Origin: Octopus vulgaris
Lineage: Eukaryota
Assembly (NCBI GenBank): GCA_951406725.2
Contig: OX597833.1
Location: forward strand, 64,232,001 to 64,296,000
Length of the DNA: 64,000 nt
Reading direction: 5' to 3'
Made by a program: the position numbers and the translations under genes. The notes beneath the pieces were generated by a model, which made no database searches, was not told where the DNA came from, and saw only the letters and a list, made by a program, of their open reading frames with translations. This document shows positions 56,100 through 64,000 of this stretch, piece after piece (within the stretch, counting starts at the first letter, position 1; each line of letters starts with the position of its first letter).

Positions 56100-58260
56100 C
56101 AATGACCTATGTAGTAAATTTAAAGAAATACAGTAAACTTCCTGTGCGTTTGACTTTAAGGATCTCCAAAGCGATATTTATGTAAGGTGCTGAAGAATTC
56201 AGAAATTATCTGATAAAGACCTTTCCTGAAGTCGCACAAGAACTTTCGGGCGATAATGATTTATTGAATGGCGAACAATAGATCAATTGAAGTGCAACGT
56301 CAATGTCTCTCTAGAAGGTGAAGTCGTCACAATAATCAGTGTGGAATCCCCATGTGATTTATTAGAATCCTACGTAAGATTTTGCAACGAAGATTACGCC
56401 TTTGTATACGCTTATTCTTGTGTTGGTACCTATTCGAAGAGTTGTAAGTAGCTGGTCGGATAACGTAATCTTGGAAGTCTTAGTAATATTTTACGTTAGA
56501 AATCTAGAGACCAATATTTTATGGCACTACGTCATTATTGCACTAAATCATTATTATGGGCAGAAATATGTAATTGTTTGCGACACAGCATGAAATAATT
56601 TGCAAAATCCTGCACTCAATTAATACAAATTAATTTGATAATAAAGAACCTTGTAATATGAAGGATTGTCGTGTGTTTAATTTGGCTTTTAAATTGCTGC
56701 AATGATCATCATCGCATTGCTTTTCATTACCCGATTCTTACTCTCTGTAATCATGTGAGATTGCTGGGTGCATAAAATCAGCAACGTGTTTTGTGTTCGT
56801 TATGGAAATGCTGTTTAGATCATTAGATAGGTCAAAAGAAATAGCTAAGGTGATATCACCTAAGAAGGCATTCATGGATGGCGTATCAATATTAACATGA
56901 GACTAAAAAGTTACGCAAATAGTTCTTGACAGGCTGGATGAACTAATGAATTGCCGAATAATGCGGTCTAAAGCAAGTAAGTTACGCAGTCTGACGTTTG
57001 TCAAAGGTCGACAGAAGCAAGTGAAGTTCTTCAAAATAGCAGTAGAAATCATGCCAACGGTTAAACACAAACCCGCAAAATGCTTACGACGACGGTACGT
57101 GAACTCCTTGTCTGATGAGAAGAGTTCAGATCAAGGCACAAGATGCGAATGTGTCAAAAGTAATAGAGAGATAAGTCAAAATTTCCGGGCAAATACAAAA
57201 CTTGTTGATTGCGGTTTGGTGTATATCCCCATCTCGCTTGGTCCCTGCACATAAACAAAACAGCACTGTCGAGAGTAGAGATTAGGGAGGGAAAATCCAG
57301 TACTTAAATCAGAAAATGATTTGGCCTTCCTCGTACGATTAACAGTTCAGCGCTATATCGAAGGAGAGGGTCTCTTCAACTACTTATAGCATCAAACGTT
57401 GAAACCTCCAAAGCTGGAACAGTAATGATGCCTAGAGAATCCGAAGACATAAAACAGCGCGACAATCCGAGAAGATGTCAAAACTGCATGGAAATGTGTC
57501 GCAGAGAAAGAAACTGATGCCATAATAGCATGACTTTAAGATCAAGTTATAGTCCTATTAATTCGAAGTGACCGAAAAAAAAGCATCAGTTGTGATTCAT
57601 TTCAAACATTGTCGACGATGATACAGAGGGTGCGCAGAGTCACTGTTAGTAGGAATTTGGAAGGTGGCAGAGGGCCTTGCTGGGCGTGGACGCCACATCC
57701 TGACACATATAAGGAAGAAGACAGGTGTGTCAATATGATGTGATGATCGTAAGGTGGTTCATCTTGAAGACAGTATGGTCGCAGCTCAGGTTAGGAAAGA
57801 CGTGTGTTATGAGATGCAACTAGAAAACTCTATAGATTCTGCTTGGGGTGCAGGACACTTTCCTGCAAACGTGTGATGTAGGGATATCACTGGAACCAGT
57901 CTAAGACGGTCACTGTTATCAATTGGTTTTTCCACAGCGGTAAGCAAAAGCTATGTTGAAGGATATAGAGGCGATAGTTGAGAAATGGTTGAAGACGAAT
58001 GATAGAACCTGGCTGGAGAGGTGATGATCCTGAAATGCACTTAAGATCGAATACAAGACAGTCGCTCCAGTAGGCGGGGCATCATATCAGTGAGTGGGGC
58101 CAGTTCGTTGCGAGGAGGGCCGCTGAAACCGTTCGCATTCTCTCCTGATGACCCGTGAAACTTTATGGCGTCCTCTATGCGGAGATTTCGACTGACTGCA
58201 CTGGCTGAAGCAAGCTGTTGCCATGTATCTGATCTCATTTTCAATCTCTCTCTAACCCAC
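56100..58260 (+). pseudogene. Possible very old L1/Tx1-like ORF2 remnant
   Basis: Microsatellite-free, coding-like 2.1-kb block with weak motif traces (EEFRNYL; VRRVTVSRNLEGG, cf. VRR...GGLG; YKTVAPV, cf. YRGALPV); no continuous frame. Confidence 0.35.
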
Positions 58261-59062
58261 TTGGCCACTAAGAAAGAGCGAGGGTATTTCAAGAAGGAAA
58301 GAATAAATGAAAAACTGAAGAGGGATGAAAACAAAATGTCTGACGCTACTCAAAAGTACATCTGCTATCATCACGATCATCACAATTTTCCTCGCTTCTC
58401 TGTCTATGACTGTATATTTCACTCATTCAGTGAGTCAGACAGACAAGGGGAGAGAGGAAGGGGGAGGGAAAAGAGCTTAAAGGTAAGGAGAAGAATCGAG
58501 GAGAAGAGAAAGGAAAAAAATTAAAAAAAACGAGATATTGGAGTGGAATAAAAGACAACGTTTCCTGTCACACAAATCAACCAACAACGTAGTCAACGTC
58601 ATTTTTCTATCTCTCTGGGTTTCTCTTTTGTGTATCTCTCATTCATTCTGTACCTCCATTCCGTCATTTAAGGAGCAGATAGAGAGAGAGAGAGAGTGAG
58701 TGAGAGAGAGAGAGCGAGAGAGAGAGAGAGAGAAAATGAGAGGTAAAGAATAGATAGAGAAAGCAAATATGAGATGAAGCATCAGCATTGTAACTCCATT
58801 ACAATTTCCTTTCGTTCTTTATTTTCCTTTCTGAGAGAAAACAAGATGAAGTTCGGGAGAGAGAGAAAAAGAGAGAGAGGAGGGGGGGGGGTGAAAGAGA
58901 GAGAGAGAGAGAGACGAAGAGTGAGTGAGGCGGAGGGAAGCTTCTTTCTGAAAATAAATGTTATACAGATCTTTCCTTTGAGGCGTCGAATAATAATTAC
59001 GTATATGATTTTTCCTGCGTGTATTCCTCCTGATGATCGTACACGTAGACAATTACCGTATA

Positions 59063-59116
<54 letters not shown>

Positions 59117-59185
59117 CATGTACGTATGTGTGTGTGTATAATATATGAATGTATGAATGCATAAATATATATATGTCAATATGCA

Positions 59186-59234
<49 letters not shown>

Positions 59235-59429
59235 AGCTGTGTATGTATTTCAATATAGACTGTTCACTTTTGCTTCTGTTTAGAATGCAATATACACTGA
59301 CAAAGGCTGGACCATTAATAAACTTAACAATTATGAAGTATATAGCAGATTCACAGCATCTGCCATTGCTTGATATAACGATACAGGGTGGAATAAGCAG
59401 TCAAGAGCAGAAGGCAGAGAGAGAGAGAA

Positions 59430-59464
<35 letters not shown>

Positions 59465-60614
59465 CAGTGAGAGAGAGAAGATTATGCAATTGTGTTTGTG
59501 TGTATATGTGTCTACAGTGTTGTGTGTGTGTGTGTGTGTATGTGGAAAGATATGCGGTTTGAAATTCTAGAGAGAAGTAGAAAAGTAAAAACGAAAGAGA
59601 AAGAGGATTATGTGCAAAAACAGTGAAAGATTATAAGCCATAACAATATACAACAATATAACTATATATACATATGTATATATATATTATATTATATTAT
59701 ATTAAATTACATTATGTAATATTATATATACATATATAATATATTATATATACATATATATGAATATATGTATATACAAATATAAATATATATAAAAATA
59801 TAAATATATGTATAAATATATGTATATATATATATACATACATAATTAACAATATAACAATATATATATATTATATATATATATATATATAATATTATGA
59901 ATACATATTATATATACATATATATATATGCATAAATATATATATATACACACATATATATTCATATACATATGTATGTACATATATAAAGATAGCCTAA
60001 CATACATGTATATATACATACACACACATATATATATATATATATACATATATACTTATACAAAGAGAGAGAGAGAGAGAGAGAGTAGAAAGCAACAGGA
60101 GAAGGAAGCTGATATGAGAAATAGACAAGGAGAGAAGTAAAGATTATGAGAGTGAGTGTGTGGGGAGAGAGATGAGGGCACGAAACACTGAATGAAGGTG
60201 AAAGTGAGAGTAGACAAAACAAAATGACAATGAGTGAAACAGAGAGAGAGAGAGAGAGATAGAGAGAGAGAGAGTGAGAGAGAGAGAGAGGTCGTCAGAT
60301 ATAACGAGGGGGAACGAAAGAGACAGAGAGAGAGAGAGAAAGTGTACGTGTGTGTGTGTTAGTGTAGAGGTGGAGAGGAGGATGTCACCAGACAGAAGGA
60401 GAAAAAAGTTTAGGGAAAGACGGAGACAGATGAGACTAATAATGTGAAGAGACAGTCGTTCACAATACAACTGAGACATGTATATAGAAAGAAGCATTCA
60501 ATGATGTATGAATGGATAACGGCGCAGAGTTAACAATCAAAGACAGCAGCAAGAACAGTGAAGAGAAATTCGCTTGTAGCATTATACATACGTACATACA
60601 TGCAGACACAAGAA

Positions 60615-60670
<56 letters not shown>

Positions 60671-60676
60671 ATCTTC

Positions 60677-60815
60677 CATTCTTGTCTCAGTCAGTTGACT
60701 GTAGTCACGCTGGAGCACCGCCCTGGAGTATTTTAGTCGACCAAATCGTCCCCAGGACTTAACTTCCAGCCTGGCATTTTTTTCTATCGATTTTTGTTCG
60801 GGGCGTAAACCTACC
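60677..60815 (-). mobile_element. Old SINE family A 3' fragment
   Basis: TTGTCTCAGTCAGTTGACTGTAGTCACGCTGGAGCACCGCC...CCCCAGGACTT. Confidence 0.65.
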
Positions 60816-62701
60816 ACGTTTAAACGGCCGAAACTGTTATGATTGTCTGGAAACTTGACTGATGAGAGATTTCCGCTAATGACCCTTCTTTGTATTTTTT
60901 TCCTGTCATCTTTTTATCGTGAATCTGTCCGGGTGTTTTATTATCGTGTGTTGCGTTCTTGTTCCACTTGTTCGATATATATATACATATAGCGGTGTAG
61001 GTACAATTTTGCTCACTTTGTAAGTATGCATGTGTGTGTTTGTGAACATGGAAAGTTTTAGCCATTTCTCCGCATACTGAAAATTGAAATGATGATCAAC
61101 CTTAATTGAGGCGTTCTCACCCTTCTGACAGTCTCCAGAGAAACAGGCAGCCAAACTGCTCATATACTCAACAAATGCAGTATTTAATATCGGATAATAA
61201 TCTTCCGTTCGTGCTTACAGGGGTCGAATGACTTGGTGTTCAGGAATGAACTTCGACTATCATCATTGTGGATGATTAATTTCCTTGCGGTGATGCAGGG
61301 ATTTCAGTTTCTGCTTGTGTTATAGGTCTATACATACCATCAATTTCCAAGTTCATATCTTATGCAAAGCCCTTCTCTTTAAACAGCCACACATACCTTT
61401 GGATCTTTGTAGCGTCTCGATATACCTGAAGGATTACGTGTTATTACAAAACGTTTTCGCATCAATCCCTCTATCAAATCTATCATGCGTTTCAGGACAA
61501 TGTTAGGTTTAGCTCTGTGCATTTGGTTCCTATTTCTAATATGTTTATTGTATTACTGCAAAGCTTAATCATGGAGTCAAACTGGGATTCTGTGGTGTGA
61601 TGCACCTTAGATTTGCCGTGCCACTAAATGTAACCTTAAGCGCGTGCTTATTAAACAATTTAATATATCTATGGAGACGAGGGAAATGCTTATCTGATAA
61701 TCTGCAAAAGGTCATATGTATGACCGGCTCAACGATTTTCAAAGAACCGGACTGCAGATAATATTATGATTATCTGTCTTTTCCCGATTGGTGCGCGAGG
61801 AGATTTTATCTTTTAGCTCAATAGTCTCAAGGGCATCGTTTTCATAAAGGGTCTCCATCGAAAATTTATTTGATGATAAATTCAAATGTCCCTTGCTTAC
61901 GCCCATAACACCGTTTTACAAACATACGGATTGAGTGGCGTGACGAAACATTTATGAAGTGAAAATTCTCATTAAATTTCCTAAAGGATTTATTCTAATC
62001 TCTAATTAGATCTCGTGTTGCATTCAGGAAATTAACAATTGTAAGGTCAGTTTATAGAGTAACCTTAGGGCTCAAAGATTTGAATATCATTAAAATACCT
62101 TTAGTTAATCTAACTACACTGTGTCATACAGGGTCAAATCAAATTTATACTAGTCACATGCAATTATCACCCGAACATTAGCAGAGACACCAATATTTCA
62201 ATTAAAGCTTTTTGAACTTTTAACCCCATCCAGACTCGCAAATGATCCACCCTTCTATCACGTTTTATATTCAACCTGTTTCATCCCTTTCGTTACATTG
62301 TAACATCCTGGCAATTATGGTAGTATCTCTCCGTTCTACAGTAATTCCAGCCTCAATTCTTCGTCAACTATGTATACCCCTAGTCTGTTTCATGTTCTTT
62401 CTTATCGCCATCTCACCTTAGAGAATACACCCCATCCTACTTATCTTCTCATTAGCAGACATTTTCATCTGTACCTCCACACCTGTGCACCTCGTTACCA
62501 ATTTCTATCACACACGGTCCTTTCATTGTAAAACCTCTAAAAGAATTTACCAAATCACCACGCTGGGAAGTTGCGTTGGTTAAAATTCGATGGGATCTCA
62601 GCGAGCAGAGAGATCTGGAATACATCATGGGAATCATTTTGCCTAACTTCTGCAAATTCAGTGCCGCCATATACAGGGTATGGTATTAAATCTTTCCTTT
62701 T

Positions 62702-62919
62702 AAGGCTGCAAGCTGGCAGAAACGTTAGCATGCCAGGCGAAATGCTTAACGGTATTTCGTCTGCCGTTACGTGCTGAGTTCAAAATTCCGTCGAGGTCTA
62801 CTTTGCCTTTCATGCTTTCGGGATCGATTAAATAAGTACCAGTTACGCTCTGGGGTCGATATAGTCGACTTAATCCGTTTGTCTGTCCTTGATTGTCCTC
62901 TCTGTGTAGTAAAGAAATA
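62702..62919 (+). mobile_element. SINE family B with 16-bp TSD
   Basis: TSD GGTATTAAATCTTTCC at 62682-62697 and 62920-62935. Confidence 0.92.
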
Positions 62920-63105
62920 GGTATTAAATCTTTCCATTTTTTATAAACGTTCCTACAACAAGGATCTGGTGCACTTCCATTCAAATCATGATGGCCATTA
63001 AAAATATAGGAACAGTACTAATTGAAGTTGCCTGAAAACACCGTTATCAACTACCTAACTTCACTCATAACGGATGACGATAATGAGGATCTTACCTTCG
63101 TCAAC

Positions 63106-63154
<49 letters not shown>

Positions 63155-63297
63155 ATTGATTGATTGATTTATCATCTCCATTACCTATCCCTGAGAGTGT
63201 TATAAGAGTAGTCTCCTGGTACCTTCTCCATATACACCTGTCAGAATCAACTGTCATTAGAATTTCCAGGTGGATGCTCAATTGCGACCAGATGAGA

Positions 63298-63529
63298 AGG
63301 CGGCGAGCTGGCAGAAACGTTAGCATACCGGGCGAAATGCTTAGCGGTATTTCGTCTGCCGCTACGTTCTGAGTTCAAATTCCGCCGAGGTCGACTTTGC
63401 CTTTCACCCTTTCGGAGTCGATTAAATAAGTACCAGTTACGCACTGGGGTCGATATTATCAACTTAATCCGTTTTTCTGTCCTTGTTTGTCCCCTCTGTG
63501 TGCAGTCCCATGTGGGCAGTAAAGAAGTA
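63298..63529 (+). mobile_element. SINE family B with TSD AGATGAGAA
   Basis: Full head and body; AGATGAGAA at ~63290-63298 and 63530-63538. Confidence 0.93.
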
Positions 63530-64000
63530 AGATGAGAACGTGGATCTTATCCAGCCATGTCGTTCCTAGCATACACTCTGAGTTTCCTTTCAGTTAACTC
63601 AGCTTGGAGAATGACCCTTGCGATACTTTCCTGTGAGGTTCCAATCACATATCCTTAGTACCAACGCTGTAACCTATCAATACGCAAAAGTAGAGTTCCG
63701 ACTTGGAGAATATGTATGAATATTAATATACGTTTAATATTTTAAATCAATTTGAAATAGAAGCGAAACGTCCACCATTTTGGTGGCTTCACAATAAACG
63801 TAGAATAAATTTATTAAGAAGGTTTAACTGAATAGGGCTCTCCCAATACAAAATACAAATGGATACGCATATGCATAGGTACATATATACATGTATACAC
63901 ATGTATGTATGTATATATATGTATGTCTGAGTGTTCATGTGTATATGTGTATGTATGTATGTATGTGTTTTCTGTACGCAACATTCGTGCTCATACATAT

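Larger units (their letters stand above)
60960..63720 (-). pseudogene. Possible very old LINE ORF2 remnant, interrupted by two SINE B copies
   Basis: Long non-repetitive block with only weak minus-strand traces (ASLDG near 62235, cf. SPGxDG; KKWK near 62940, cf. GYWK). Confidence 0.25.

Noticed and set aside
57105-57140. CTGATGA as a possible hammerhead core
   Set aside because: No properly placed GAAA, stem III or UH site.
58140-58170. CTGATGACCCGTGAAACTTTA as a possible hammerhead
   Set aside because: Stems I-III do not pair, and it lies inside a probable decayed LINE; likely chance.
59284-59373. Possible terminal coding exon (NAIYTDKGWTINKLNNYEVYSRFTASAIA*)
   Set aside because: An acceptor-like site is present, but there is no recognisable protein similarity or partner exon.
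63760-63790. GAAACGTCCACC half-site
   Set aside because: No 5' core box; the adjacent CCACCA/TGGTGG hairpin does not fit the topology.

Overview
A 64-kb, gene-poor, AT-rich animal genomic window, either intergenic or intronic. It is very probably from an octopus or other coleoid cephalopod, inferred from the tRNA-derived SINE repertoire and extreme microsatellite load and not confirmed by a search. No intact host protein-coding gene is supported, and almost all ORFs in the track are microsatellite or SINE read-throughs. The window holds about 40 SINE copies in four families, called A-D here. It also holds decayed DNA transposons (Tigger/pogo, maT/DD37D, mariner and derived MITEs, MULE-FLYWCH, a Helitron 3' end) and decayed non-LTR retroelements (APE-type LINE, two R4/Dong-like 3' ends in (TACA)n, probable L1/Tx1 remnants, two Penelope-like RT remnants). 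The most notable signal is a set of short inserts inside (TA)n microsatellites that look like Penelope-like element termini. They often form fold-back palindromes and together carry about 12 type-I hammerhead-ribozyme motifs, including recurrent core variants (U4C, A6U, stem-II-less). A 5'-truncated, intron-retaining tRNA-Ile(UAU) copy fused to a SINE/LINE 3' tail is also present. Coordinates of decayed elements are approximate.
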